Positions 12,432-27,382 of a stretch of 64,000 nucleotides of DNA are shown here, one piece after another. Below the pieces are notes generated by a model, which saw nothing but the letters and a program-made list of their open reading frames with translations, did no database searches and had not been told where the DNA came from. The position numbers and the translations under genes were made by a program. Origin of the DNA: the human T2T-CHM13v2.0 reference genome, Homo sapiens. The DNA is taken from assembly GCF_009914755.1 (NCBI RefSeq), contig NC_060926.1; one strand, given 5' to 3'. Each line of letters begins with the position of its first letter. Position 1 is the first letter of the stretch.

Positions 12432-15400
12432 TTTCGTTGGAAACGGGATTACATATAAAAAGCAGACAGCAGCATTCCCAGAAACTTCTTTGTGATATTT
12501 GCATTCAAGTCACAGAGTTGAACATTCCCTTTCATAGAGCAGGTTTGAAACACTCTTTTTGTAGTATCTGGATGTGGACATTTGGAGCGCTTTCAGGCCT
12601 ATGGTGAAAACGGAAATATCTTCCCCTGAAAACTAGACAGAAGCATTCTCAGAATCTTATTTGTGATGTGCGCCCTCAACTAACAGTGTTGAAGCTTTCT
12701 TTTGATAGAGCAGTTTTGAAACACTCTTTTTGTAAAATCTGCAAGAGGATATTTGGATAGCTTTGAGGATTTCGTTGGAAACGGGATTGTCTTCATATAA
12801 ACTCTAGACAGAAGCATTCTCAGAAGCTTCATTGGGATGTTTCAATTGAAGTCACAGTGTTGAACAGTCCCTTTCATAGAGCAGGTTTGAAACACTCTTT
12901 TTGTAGTATCTGGATGTGGACATTTCGAGCGCTTTCAGGCCTATGGTGAAAAAGGAAATATCTTCCCCTGAAAACTAGACAGAAGCATTCTCAGAAACTT
13001 ATTTGTGATGTGCGCCCTCAACTAACAGTGTTGAAGCTTTCTCTTGATAGAGCAGTTTTGAAACACTCTTTTTGTGGAATCTGCACGTGGATATTTGTCT
13101 AGCTTTGAGGATTTCGTTGGAAACGGGATTACATATAAAAAGCAGACAGCAGCATTCCCAGAATCTTCTTTGTGATGTTTGCATTCAAGTCACAGAGTTG
13201 AACATTCCCTTTCATAGAGCAGGTTTGAAACACTCTTTTTATAGTATCTGGATGTGGACATTTGGAGCGCTTTCAGGCCTATGGTGAAAAAGGAAATATA
13301 TTCTCCTGAAAACTAGACAGAAGCATTCTCAGAATCTTATTTGTGATGTGCGCCCTCAACTAACAGTGTTGAAGCTTTCTTTTGATAGAGCAGTTTTGAA
13401 ACACTCTTTTTGTAAAATCTGCAAGAGGATATTTGGATAGCTTTGAGGATTTCGTTGGAAACGGGATTGTCTTCATATAAACTCTAGACAGAAGCATTCT
13501 CAGAAGCTTCATTGGGATGTTTCAATTGAAGTCACAGTGTTGAACAGTCCCTTTCATAGAGCAGGTTTGAAACACTCTTTTTGTAGTATCTGGAAGTGGA
13601 CATTTGGAGCGCTCTCAGGACTACGGTGAAAAAGGAAGTATCTTCCAATAAAAGCTAGATAGAAGCAATGTCAGAAACTTTTTCATGATGTATCTACTCA
13701 GCAAACAGAGTTGAACCTTTCTTTTGAGAGAGCAGTTTTGAAACACTCTTTTTGTGGAATCTGCAAGTGGATATTTGTCTAGCTTTGAGGATTTCGTTGG
13801 AAACGGGATTACATATAAAAAACAGACAGCAGCATTCCCAGAAACTTCTTTGTGATGTTTGCATTCAAGTCACACAGTTGAACATTCCCTTTCATAGAGC
13901 AGGTTTGAAACACTCTTTTTGTAGTATCTGTATGTGGACATTTGGAGCGCTTTCAGGTCTATGGTGAAAAAGGAAATATCTTCCCCTGAAAACTAGACAG
14001 AAGCATTCTCAGAAACTTATTTGTGATGTGCGCCCTCAACTAACACTGTTGAACCTTTCTTTTGATAGAGCAGTTTTGAAACACTCTTTTTGTAATATCT
14101 GCAAGAGGATATTTGGATAGCTTTGAGGATTTCGTTGGAAACGGGATTGTCTTCATATAAACTCTAGACAGAAGCATTCTCCGAAGCTTCATTGGGATGT
14201 TTCAATTGAAGTCACAGTGTTGAACAGTCCCTTTCATAGAGCAGGTTTGAAACACTCTTTTTGTAGTATCTGGAAGTGGACATTTGGAGAGATCTCAGGA
14301 ATACGGTGATAAAGGAAATATCTTCCAATAAAAGCTAGATAGAAGCAATGTCAGAAACTTTTTCATGACGTATCTACTCAGCTAACAGAGTTGAACCTTT
14401 CTTTTGAGAGAGCAGTTTTGAAACACTCTTTTTGTGGAATCTGCAAGTGGATATTTGTCTAGCTTTGAGGATTTCGTTTGAAACGGGATTACATATAAAA
14501 AGCAGACAGCAGCATTCCCAGAAACTTCTTTGTGAAGTTTGCATTGAAGTCACAGAGTTGAACATTCCCTTTCATAGAGCAGGTTTGAAACACTCTTTTT
14601 GTAGTATCTGTATGTGGACATTTGGAGCGCTTTCAGGCCTATGGTGAAAAAGGAAATATCTTCCCCTGAAAACTAGACAGAAGCATTCTCAGAAACTTAT
14701 TTGTGATGTGCGCCCTCAACTAACAGTGTTGAACCTTTCTTTTGATAGAGCAGTTTTGAAACACTCTTTTTGTAATATCTGCAAGAGGATATATGGATAG
14801 CTTTGAGGATTTCGTTGGAAACGGGATTGTCTTCATATAAACTCTAGACAGAAGCATTCTCAGAAGCTTCATTGGGATGTTTCAATTGAAGTCACAGTGT
14901 TGAACAGTCCCTTTCATAGAGCAGGTTTGAAACACTCTTTTTGTAGTATCTGGAAGTGGACATTTGGAGAGATCTCAGGAATACGGTGATAAAGGAAATA
15001 TCTTCCAATAAAAGCTAGATAGAAGCAATGTCAGAAACTTTTTCATGACGTATCTACTCAGCTAACAGAGTTGAACCTTTCTTTTGAGAGAGCAGTTTTG
15101 AAACACTCTTTTTGTGGAATCTGCAAGTGGATATTTGTCTAGCTTTGAGGATTTCGTTGGAAACGGGATTACATATAAAAAGCAGACAGCAGCATTCCCA
15201 GAAACTTCTTTGTGAAGTTTGCATTGAAGTCACAGAGTTGAACATTCCATTTCATAGAGCAGGTTTGAAACACTCTTTTTGTAGTATCTGTATGTGGACA
15301 TTTGGAGCGCTTTCAGGCCTATGGTGAAAAAGGAAATATCTTCCCCTGAAAACTAGACAGAAGCATTCTCAGAAACTTATTTGTGATGTGCGCCCTCAAC

Positions 15401-17188
15401 TAACAGTGTTGAAGCTTTCTTTTGATAGAGCAGTTTTGAAACACTCTTTTTGTAATATCTGCAAGAGGATATTTGGATAGCTTTGAGGATTTCGTTGGAA
15501 ACGGGATTGTCTTCATATAAACTCCAGACAGAAGCATTCTCAGAAGCTTCATTGGGATGTTTCAGTTGAAGTCACAGTGTTGAACAGTCCCTTTCATAGA
15601 GCAGGTTTGAAACACTCTTTTTGTAGTATCTGGAAGTGGACATTTGGAGCGATCTCAGGACTGCGGTGAAAAAGGAAATATCTTCCAATAAAAGCTAGAT
15701 AGAAGCAATGTCAGAAACTTTTTCATGATGTATCTACTCAGCTAACAGAGTTGAACCTTCCTTTGAGAGAGCAGTTTTGAAACACTCTTTTTGTGGAATC
15801 TGCAAGTGGATATTTGTCTAGCTTTGAGGATTGCGTTGGAAACGGGATTACATATAAAAAGCAGACAGCAGCATTCCCAGAAACTTCTTTGTGATGTTTG
15901 CATTCAAGTCACACAGTTGAACATTCCCTTTCATAGAGCAGGTTTGAAACACTCTTTTTGTAGTATCTGGATGTGGACATTTGGAGCGCTTTCAGGCCTA
16001 TGGTGAAAAAGGAAATATCTTCCCCTGAAAACTAGACAGAAGCATTCTCAGAATCTTATTTGTGATGTGCGCCCTCAACTAACAGTGTTGAAGCTTTCTT
16101 TTGATAGAGCAGTTTTGAAACACTCTTTTTGTAAAATCTGCAAGAGGATATTTGGATAGCTTTGAGGATTTCGTTGGAAACGGGATTGTCTTCATATAAA
16201 CTCTAGTCAGAAGCATTCTCAGAAGCTTCATTGGGATGTTTCAATTGAAGTCACAGTGTTGAACAGTCCCTTTCATAGAGCAGGTTTGAAACACTCTTTT
16301 TGTAGTATCTGGAAGTGGACATTTGGAGCGCTCTCAGACTGCGGTGAAAAAGGAAATATCTTCCAATAAAAGCTACATAGAAGCAATGTCAGAATCTTTT
16401 TCATGATGTGTCTACTCAGCTAACAGAGTTGAACCTTCCTTTGAGAGAGCAGTTTTGAAACACTCTTTTTGTGGAATCTGCAAGTGGATATTTGTCTAGC
16501 TTTGAGGATTTCGTTGGAAACGGGATTACATATAAAAAGCAGACAGCAGCATTCCCAGAAACTTCTTTGTGATATTTGCATTCAAGTCACAGAGTTGAAC
16601 ATTCCCTTTCATAGAGCAGGTTTGAAACACTCTTTTTGTAGTATCTGGATGTGGACATTTGGAGCGCTTTCAGGCCTATGGTGAAAACGGAAATATCTTC
16701 CCCTGAAAACTAGACAGAAGCATTCTCAGAATCTTATTTGTGATGTGCGCCCTCAACTAACAGTGTTGAAGCTTTCTTTTGATAGAGCAGTTTTGAAACA
16801 CTCTTTTTGTAAAATCTGCAAGAGGATATTTGGATAGCTTTGAGGATTTCGTTGGAAACGGGATTGTCTTCATATAAACTCTAGACAGAAGCATTCTCAG
16901 AAGCTTCATTGGGATGTTTCAGTTGAAGTCACAGTGTTGAACAGTCCCTTTCATAGAGCAGGTTTGAAACACTCTTTTTGTAGTATCTGGAAGTGGACAT
17001 TTGGAGTGCTCTCAGGACTGCGGTGAAAAAGGAAGTATCTTCCAATAAAAGCTACATAGAAGCAATGTCAGAAACTTTTTCGTGAAGTATCTACTCAGCT
17101 AACAGAGTTGAACCTTTCTTTTGAGAGAGCAGTTTTGAAACACTCTTTTTGTGGAATCTGCAAGTGGATATTTGTCTAGCTTTGAGGA

Positions 17189-18209
17189 TTTCGTTGGAAA
17201 CGGGATTACATATAAAAAGCAGACAGCAGCATTCCCAGAAACTTCTTTGTGATGTTTGCATTCAAGTCACAGACTTGAACATTCCCTTTCATAGAGCAGG
17301 TTTGAAACACTCTTTTTGTAGTATCTGGATGTGGACATTTGGAGCGCTTTCAGCCCTATGGTGAAAAAGGAAATATCTTCTCCTGAAAACTAGACAGAAG
17401 CATTCTCAGAATCTTATTTGTGATGTGCGCCCTCAACTAACAGTGTTGAAGCTTTCTTTTGATAGAGCAGTTTTGAAACACTCTTTTCGTAAAATCTGCA
17501 AGAGGATATTTTGATAGCTTTGAGGATTTCGTTGGAAACGGGATTGTCTTCATATAAACTCTAGACAGAAGCATTCTCAGAAGCTTCATTGGGATGTTTC
17601 AATTGAAGTCACAGTGTTGAACAGTCCCTTTGATAGAGCAGGTTTGAAACACTCTTTTTGTAGTATCTGGATGTGGACATTTGCAGCGCTTTCAGGCATA
17701 AGGTGAAAAAGGAAATATCTTCCCCTGAAAACTAGACAGAAGCATTCTCAGAAACTTATTTGTGATGTGCGCCCTCAACTAACAGTGTTGAAGCTTTCTT
17801 TTGATAGAGCAGTTTTGAAACACTCTTTTTGTAATATCTGCAAGAGGATATTTGGATAGCTTTGAGGATTTCGTTGGAAACGGGATTGTCTTCATATAAA
17901 CTCTAGACAGAAGCATTCCCAGAAGCTTCATTGGGATGTTTCAATTGAAGTCACAGTGTTGAACAGTCCCTTTCATAGAGCAGGTTTGAAACACTCTTTT
18001 TGTAGTATCTGGAAGTGGACATTTGGAACGCTCTCAGGACTGCGTTGAAAAAGGAAATATCTTCCAATAAAAGCTAGATAGAAGCAATGTCAGAAACTTT
18101 TTCATGATGTATCTACTCAGCTAACAGAGTTGAACCTTCATTTGAGAGAGCAGTTTTGAAACACTCGTTTTGTGGAATCTGCAAGTGGATATTTGTCTAG
18201 CTTTGAGGA
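17189..18209 (+). repeat. 6-mer HOR variant (1021 bp, extra 342 bp dimer)
   Basis: Anchor spacing 17149 to 18170 = 1021. AACAGTCCC... is joined to GGATGTGGACATTTGCAGCGCTTTCAGGCATAAGG at ~17620-17705. Confidence 0.9.
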
Positions 18210-21200
18210 TTTCGTTGGAAACGGGATTACATATAAAAAGCAGACAGCAGCATTCCCAGAAACTTCTTTGTGATGTTTGCATTCAAGTCACAGAGTTGAA
18301 CATTCCCTTTCATAGAGCAGGTTTGAAACACTCTTTTTGTAGTATCTGGATGTGGACATTTGCAGCGCTTTCAGGCATAAGGTGAAAAAGGAAATATCTT
18401 CCCCTGAAAACTAGACAGAAGCATTCTCAGAAACTTATTTGTGATGTGCGCCCTCAACTAACAGTGTTGAACCTTTCTTTTGATAGAGCAGTTTAGAAAC
18501 ACTCTTTTTGTAATATCTGCAAGAGGATATTTGGATAGCTTTGAGGATTTCTTTGGAAACGGGATTGTCTTCATATAAACTCTAGACAGAAGCATTCTCA
18601 GAAGCTTCATTGGGATGTTTCAATTGAAGTCACAGTGTTGAACAGTCCCTTTCATAGAGCAGGTTTGAAACACTCTTTTTGTAGTATCTGGAAGTGGACT
18701 TTTGGAGAGATCTCAGGAATACGGTGATAAAGGAAATATCTTCCAATAAAAGCTACATAGAAGCAATGTCAGAAACTTTTTCATGATGTATCTACTCAGC
18801 TAACAGAGTTGAACCTTTCTTTTGAGAGAGCAGTTTTGAAACACTCTTTTTGTGGAATCTGCAAGTGGATATTTGTCTAGCTTTGAGGATTTCGTTGGAA
18901 ACGGGATTACATATAAAAAGCAGACAGCAGCATTACCAGTAACTTCTTTGTGGTGTTTGCATTCAAGTCACAGAGTTGAACATTCCCTTTCATAGAGCAG
19001 GTTTGAAACACTCTTTTTGTAGTATCTGGATGTGGACATTTGGAGCGCTTTCAGGCCTATGGTGAAAAAGGAAATATCTTCCCCTGAAAACTAGACAGAA
19101 GCATTCTCAGAATCTTATTTGTGATGTGCGCCCTCAACTAACAGTGTTGAAGCTTTCTTTTGATAGAGCAGTTTTGAAACACTCTTTTTGTAAAATCTGC
19201 AAGAGGATATTTGGATAGCTTTGAGGATTTCGTTGGAAACGGGATTGTCTTCATATAAACTCCAGACAGAAGCATTCTCAGAAGCTTCATTGGGATGTTT
19301 CAGTTGAAGTCACAGTGTTGAACAGTCCCTTTCATAGAGCAGGTTTGAAACACTCTTTTTGTAGTATCTGGAAGTGGACATTTGGAGCGCTCTCAGGACT
19401 GCGGTGAAAAAGGAAATATCTTCCAATAAAAGCTAGATAGAAGCAATGTCAGAAACTTTTTCATGATGTATCTACTCAGCTAACAGAGTTGAACCTTCCT
19501 TTGAGAGAGCAGTTTTGAAACACTCTTTTTGTGGAATCTGCAAGTGGATATTTGTCTAGCTTTGAGGATTTCGTTGGAAACGGGATTACATATAAAAAGC
19601 AGACAGCAGCATTCCCAGAAACTTCTTTGTGATATTTGCATTCAAGTCACAGAGTTGAACATTCCCTTTCATAGAGCAGGTTTGAAACACTCTTTTTGTA
19701 GTATCTGGATGTGGACATTTGGAGCGCTTTCAGGCCTATGGTGAAAACGGAAATATCTTCCCCTGAAAACTAGACAGAAGCATTCTCAGAATCTTATTTG
19801 TGATGTGCGCCCTCAACTAACAGTGTTGAAGCTTTCTTTTGATAGAGCAGTTTTGAAACACTCTTTTTGTAAAATCTGCAAGAGGATATTTGGATAGCTT
19901 TGAGGATTTCGTTGGAAACGGGATTGTCTTCATATAAACTCTAGACAGAAGCATTCTCAGAAGCTTCATTGGGATGTTTCAATTGAAGTCACAGTGTTGA
20001 ACAGTCCCTTTCATAGAGCAGGTTTGAAACACACTTTTTGTAGTATCTGGATGTGGACATTTCGAGCGCTTTCAGGCCTATGGTGAAAAAGGAAATATCT
20101 TCCCCTGAAAACTAGACAGAAGCATTCTCAGAAACTTATTTGTGATGTGCGCCCTCAACTAACAGTGTTGAAGCTTTCTCTTGATAGAGCAGTTTTGAAA
20201 CACTCTTTTTGTGGAATCTGCACGTGGATATTTGTCTAGCTTTGAGGATTTCGTTGGAAACGGGATTACATATAAAAAGCAGACAGCAGCATTCCCAGAA
20301 TCTTCTTTGTGATGTTTGCATTCAAGTCACAGAGTTGAACATTCCCTTTCATAGAGCAGGTTTGAAACACTCTTTTTATAGTATCTGGATGTGGACATTT
20401 GGAGCGCTTTCAGGCCTATGGTGAAAAAGGAAATATATTCTCCTGAAAACTAGACAGAAGCATTCTCAGAATCTTATTTGTGATGTGCGCCCTCAACTAA
20501 CAGTGTTGAAGCTTTCTTTTGATAGAGCAGTTTTGAAACACTCTTTTTGTAAAATCTGCAAGAGGATATTTGGATAGCTTTGAGGATTTCGTTGGAAACG
20601 GGATTGTCTTCATATAAACTCTAGACAGAAGCATTCTCAGAAGCTTCATTGGGATGTTTCAATTGAAGTCACAGTGTTGAACAGTCCCTTTCATAGAGCA
20701 GGTTTGAAACACTCTTTTTGTAGTATCTGGAAGTGGACATTTGGAGCGCTCTCAGGACTACGGTGAAAAAGGAAGTATCTTCCAATAAAAGCTAGATAGA
20801 AGCAATGTCAGAAACTTTTTCATGATGTATCTACTCAGCAAACAGAGTTGAACCTTTCTTTTGAGAGAGCAGTTTTGAAACACTCTTTTTGTGGAATCTG
20901 CAAGTGGATATTTGTCTAGCTTTGAGGATTTCGTTGGAAACGGGATTACATATAAAAAGCAGACAGCAGCATTCCCAGAAACTTCTTTGTGATGTTTGCA
21001 TTCAAGTCACACAGTTGAACATTCCCTTTCATAGAGCAGGTTTGAAACACTCTTTTTGTAGTATCTGTATGTGGACATTTGGAGCGCTTTCAGGTCTATG
21101 GTGAAAAAGGAAATATCTTCCCCTGAAAACTAGACAGAAGCATTCTCAGAAACTTATTTGTGATGTGCGCCCTCAACTAACACTGTTGAACCTTTCTTTT

Positions 21201-22966
21201 GATAGAGCAGTTTTGAAACACTCTTTTTGTAATATCTGCAAGAGGATATTTGGATAGCTTTGAGGATTTCGTTGGAAACGGGATTGTCTTCATATAAACT
21301 CTAGACAGAAGCATTCTCAGAAGCTTCATTGGGATGTTTCAATTGAAGTCACAGTGTTGAACAGTCCCTTTCATAGAGCAGGTTTGAAACACTCTTTTTG
21401 TAGTATCTGGAAGTGGACATTTGGAGAGATCTCAGGAATACGGTGATAAAGGAAATATCTTCCAATAAAAGCTAGATAGAAGCAATGTCAGAAACTTTTT
21501 CATGACGTATCTACTCAGCTAACAGAGTTGAACCTTTCTTTTGAGAGAGCAGTTTTGAAACACTCTTTTTGTGGAATCTGCAAGTGGATATTTGTCTAGC
21601 TTTGAGGATTTCGTTTGAAACGGGATTACATATAAAAAGCAGACAGCAGCATTCCCAGAAACTTCTTTGTGAAGTTTGCATTGAAGTCACAGAGTTGAAC
21701 ATTCCCTTTCATAGAGCAGGTTTGAAACACTCTTTTTGTAGTATCTGTATGTGGACATTTGGAGCGCTTTCAGGCCTATGGTGAAAAAGGAAATATCTTC
21801 CCCTGAAAACTAGACAGAAGCATTCTCAGAAACTTATTTGTGATGTGCGCCCTCAACTAACAGTGTTGAAGCTTTCTTTTGATAGAGCAGTTTTGAAACA
21901 CTCTTTTTGTAATATCTGCAAGAGGATATTTGGATAGCTTTGAGGATTTCGTTGGAAACGGGATTGTGTTCATATAAACTCTAGACAGAAGCATTCTCAG
22001 AAGCTTCATTGGGATGTTTCAATTGAAGTCACAGTGTTGAACAGTCCCTTTCATAGAGCAGGTTTGAAACACTCTTTTTGTAGTATCTGGAAGTGGACAT
22101 TTGGAGCGCTCTCAGGACTACGGTGATAAAGGAAATATCTTCCAATAAAAGCTAGATAGAAGCAATGTCAGAAACTTTTTCATGATGTATCTACTCAGCT
22201 AACAGAGTTGAACCTTTCTTTTGAGAGAGCAGTTTTGAAACACTCTTTTTGTGGAATCTGCAAGTGGATATTTGTCTAGCTTTGAGGATTTCGTTGGAAA
22301 CGGGATTACATATAAAAACCAGACAGCAGCATTCCCAGAATCTTCTTTGTGATGTTTGCATTCAAGTCACAGAGTTGAACATTCCCTTTCATAGAGCAGG
22401 TTTGAAACACTCTTTTTGTAGTATCTGGATGTGGACATTTGGAGCGCTTTCAGGCCTATGGTGAAAAAGAAATATCTTCCCCTGAAAACTAGACAGAAGC
22501 ATTCTCAGAATCTTATTTGTGATGTGCGCCCTCAACTAACAGTGTTGAAGCTTTCTTTTGATAGAGCAGTTTTGAAACACTCTTTTTGTAAAATCTGCAA
22601 GAGGATATTTGGATAGCTTTGAGGATTTCGTTGGAAACGGGATTGTCTTCATATAAACTCCAGACAGAAGCATTCTCAGAAGCTTCATTGGGATGTTTCA
22701 GTTGAAGTCACAGTGTTGAACAGTCCCTTTCATAGAGCAGGTTTGAAACACTCTTTTTGTAGTATCTGGAAGTGGACATTTGGAGCGCTCTCAGGACTGC
22801 GGTGAAAAAGGAAATATCTTCCAATAAAAGCTAGATAGAAGCAATGTCAGAAACTTTTTCATGATGTATCTACTCAGCTAACAGAGTTGAACCTTCCTTT
22901 GAGAGAGCAGTTTTGAAACACTCTTTTTGTGGAATCTGCAAGTGGATATTTGTCTAGCTTTGAGGA

Positions 22967-23984
22967 TTGCGTTGGAAACGGGATTACATATAAAAAGCAG
23001 ACAGCAGCATTCCCAGAAACTTCTTTGTGATGTTTGCATTCAAGTCACACAGTTGAACATTCCCTTTCATAGAGCAGGTTTGAAACACTCTTTTTGTAGT
23101 ATCTGGATGTGGACATTTGGAGCGCTTTCAGGCCTATGGTGAAAAAGGAAATATCTTCCCCTGAAAACTAGACAGAAGCATTCTCAGAAACTTATTTGTG
23201 ATGTGCGCCCTCAACTAACAGTGTTGAAGCTTTCTTTTGATAGAGCAGTTTTGAAACACTCTTTTTGTAATATCTGCAAGAGGATATTTGGATAGCTTTG
23301 AGGATTTCGTTGGAAACGGGATTAATTATAAAAAGCAGACAGCAGCATTCCCAGAATCTTGTTTGTGATGTTTGCATTCAAGTCACAGAGTTGAACATTC
23401 CCTTTCAGAGAGCAGGTTTGAAACACTCTTTTTATAGTATCTGGATGTGGACATTTGGAGCGCTTTCAGGCCTATGGTGAAAAAGGAAATATCTTCTCCT
23501 GAAAACTAGAGAGAAGCATTCTCAGAATCTTATTTGTGATGTGCGCCCTCAACTAACAGTGTTGAAGCTTTCTTTTGATAGAGCAGTTTTGAAACACTCT
23601 TTTCGTAAAATCTGCAAGAGGATATTTGGATAGCTTTGAGGATTTCGTTGGAAACGGGATTGTCTTCATATAAACTCTAGACAGAAGCATTCTCAGAAGC
23701 TTCATTGGGATGTTTCAATTGAAGTCACAGTGTTGAACAGTCCCTTTCATAGAGCAGGTTTGAAACACTCTTTTTGTAGTATCTGGATGTGGACATTTGG
23801 AGCGCTTTCAGGCCTATGGTTTAAAAGGAAATATCTTCCCCTGAAAACTAGACAGAAGCATTCTCAGAAACTTATTTGTGATGTGCGCCCTCAACTAACA
23901 CTGTTGAAGCATTCTTTTGATAGAGCAGTTTTGAAACACTCTTTTTGTGGAATCTGCAAGTGGATATTTGTCTAGCTTTGAGGA
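22967..23984 (+). repeat. 6-mer HOR variant (1018 bp)
   Basis: Anchors 22927 to 23945; TTAATTAT marker at ~23322. Confidence 0.9.
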
Positions 23985-26900
23985 TTTCGTTGGAAACGGG
24001 ATTACATATAAAAAGCAGACAGCAGCATTCCCAGAAACTTCTTTGTGATGTTTGCATTCAAGTCACAGAGTTGAACATTCCCTTTCATAGAGCAGGTTTG
24101 AAACACTCTTTTTGTAGTATCTGGATGTGGACATTTGGAGCGCTTTCAGGCCTATGGTGAAAACGGAAATATCTTCCCCTGAAAACTAGACAGAAGCATT
24201 CTCAGAATCTTATTTGTGATGTGCGCCCTCAACTAACAGTGTTGAAGCTTTCTTTTGATAGAGCAGTTTTGAAACACTCTTTTTGTAAAATATGCAAGAG
24301 GATATTTGGATAGCTTTGAGGATTTCGTTGGAAACGGGATTGTCTTCATATAAACTCTAGACAGAAGCATTCTCAGAAGCTTCATTGGGATGTTTCAATT
24401 GAAGTCACAGTGTTGAACAGTCCCTTTCATAGAGCAGGTTTGAAACACTCTTTTTGTAGTATCTGGATGTGGACATTTCGAGCGCTTTCAGGCCTATGGT
24501 GAAAAAGGAAATATCTTCCCCTGAAAACTAGACAGAAGCATTCTCAGAAACTTATTTGTGATGTGCGCCCTCAACTAACAGTGTTGAAGCTTTCTCTTGA
24601 TAGAGCAGTTTTGAAACACTCTTTTTGTGGAATCTGCACGTGGATATTTGTCTAGCTTTGAGGATTTCGTTGGAAACGGGATTACATATAAAAAGCAGAC
24701 AGCAGCATTCCCAGAATCTTCTTTGTGATGTTTGCATTCAAGTCACAGAGTTGAACATTCCCTTTCATAGAGCAGGTTTGAAACACTCTTTTTATAGTAT
24801 CTGGATGTGGACATTTGGAGCGCTTTCAGGCCTATGGTGAAAAAGGAAATATATTCTCCTGAAAACTAGACAGAAGCATTCTCAGAATCTTATTTGTGAT
24901 GTGCGCCCTCAACTAACAGTGTTGAAGCTTTCTTTTGATAGAGCAGTTTTGAAACACTCTTTTTGTAAAATCTGCAAGAGGATATTTGGATAGCTTTGAG
25001 GATTTCGTTGGAAACGGGATTGTCTTCATATAAACTCTAGACAGAAGCATTCTCAGAAGCTTCATTGGGATGTTTCAATTGAAGTCACAGTGTTGAACAG
25101 TCCCTTTCATAGAGCAGGTTTGAAACACTCTTTTTGTAGTATCTGGAAGTGGACATTTGGAGCGCTCTCAGGACTACGGTGAAAAAGGAAGTATCTTCCA
25201 ATAAAAGCTAGATAGAAGCAATGTCAGAAACTTTTTCATGATGTATCTACTCAGCAAACAGAGTTGAACCTTTCTTTTGAGAGAGCAGTTTTGAAACACT
25301 CTTTTTGTGGAATCTGCAAGTGGATATTTGTCTAGCTTTGAGGATTTCGTTGGAAACGGGATTACATATAAAAAGCAGACAGCAGCATTCCCAGAAACTT
25401 CTTTGTGATGTTTGCATTCAAGTCACACAGTTGAACATTCCCTTTCATAGAGCAGGTTTGAAACACTCTTTTTGTAGTATCTGTATGTGGACATTTGGAG
25501 CGCTTTCAGGTCTATGGTGAAAAAGGAAATATCTTCCCCTGAAAACTAGACAGAAGCATTCTCAGAAACTTATTTGTGATGTGCGCCCTCAACTAACACT
25601 GTTGAACCTTTCTTTTGATAGAGCAGTTTTGAAACACTCTTTTTGTAATATCTGCAAGAGGATATTTGGATAGCTTTGAGGATTTCGTTGGAAACGGGAT
25701 TGTCTTCATATAAACTCTAGACAGAAGCATTCTCAGAAGCTTCATTGGGATGTTTCAATTGAAGTCACAGTGTTGAACAGTCCCTTTCATAGAGCAGGTT
25801 TGAAACACTCTTTTTGTAGTATCTGGAAGTGGACATTTGGAGAGATCTCAGGAATACGGTGATAAAGGAAATATCTTCCAATAAAAGCTAGATAGAAGCA
25901 ATGTCAGAAACTTTTTCATGACGTATCTACTCAGCTAACAGAGTTGAACCTTTCTTTTGAGAGAGCAGTTTTGAAACACTCTTTTTGTGGAATCTGCAAG
26001 TGGATATTTGTCTAGCTTTGAGGATTTCGTTTGAAACGGGATTACATATAAAAAGCAGACAGCAGCATTCCCAGAAACTTCTTTGTGAAGTTTGCATTGA
26101 AGTCACAGAGTTGAACATTCCCTTTCATAGAGCAGGTTTGAAACACTCTTTTTGTAGTATCTGTATGTGGACATTTGGAGCGCTTTCAGGCCTATGGTGA
26201 AAAAGGAAATATCTTCCCCTGAAAACTAGACAGAAGCATTCTCAGAAACTTATTTGTGATGTGCGCCCTCAACTAACAGTGTTGAAGCTTTCTTTTGATA
26301 GAGCAGTTTTGAAACACTCTTTTTGTAATATCTGCAAGAGGATATTTGGATAGCTTTGAGGATTTCGTTGGAAACGGGATTGTGTTCATATAAACTCTAG
26401 ACAGAAGCATTCTCAGAAGCTTCATTGGGATGTTTCAATTGAAGTCACAGTGTTGAACAGTCCCTTTCATAGAGCAGGTTTGAAACACTCTTTTTGTAGT
26501 ATCTGGAAGTGGACATTTGGAGCGCTCTCAGGACTACGGTGATAAAGGAAATATCTTCCAATAAAAGCTAGATAGAAGCAATGTCAGAAACTTTTTCATG
26601 ATGTATCTACTCAGCTAACAGAGTTGAACCTTTCTTTTGAGAGAGCAGTTTTGAAACACTCTTTTTGTGGAATCTGCAAGTGGATATTTGTCTAGCTTTG
26701 AGGATTTCGTTGGAAACGGGATTACATATAAAAACCAGACAGCAGCATTCCCAGAATCTTCTTTGTGATGTTTGCATTCAAGTCACAGAGTTGAACATTC
26801 CCTTTCATAGAGCAGGTTTGAAACACTCTTTTTGTAGTATCTGGATGTGGACATTTGGAGCGCTTTCAGGCCTATGGTGAAAAAGAAATATCTTCCCCTG

Positions 26901-27382
26901 AAAACTAGACAGAAGCATTCTCAGAATCTTATTTGTGATGTGCGCCCTCAACTAACAGTGTTGAAGCTTTCTTTTGATAGAGCAGTTTTGAAACACTCTT
27001 TTTGTAAAATCTGCAAGAGGATATTTGGATAGCTTTGAGGATTTCGTTGGAAACGGGATTGTCTTCATATAAACTCCAGACAGAAGCATTCTCAGAAGCT
27101 TCATTGGGATGTTTCAGTTGAAGTCACAGTGTTGAACAGTCCCTTTCATAGAGCAGGTTTGAAACACTCTTTTTGTAGTATCTGGAAGTGGACATTTGGA
27201 GCGCTCTCAGGACTGCGGTGAAAAAGGAAATATCTTCCAATAAAAGCTAGATAGAAGCAATGTCAGAAACTTTTTCATGATGTATCTACTCAGCTAACAG
27301 AGTTGAACCTTCCTTTGAGAGAGCAGTTTTGAAACACTCTTTTTGTGGAATCTGCAAGTGGATATTTGTCTAGCTTTGAGGA

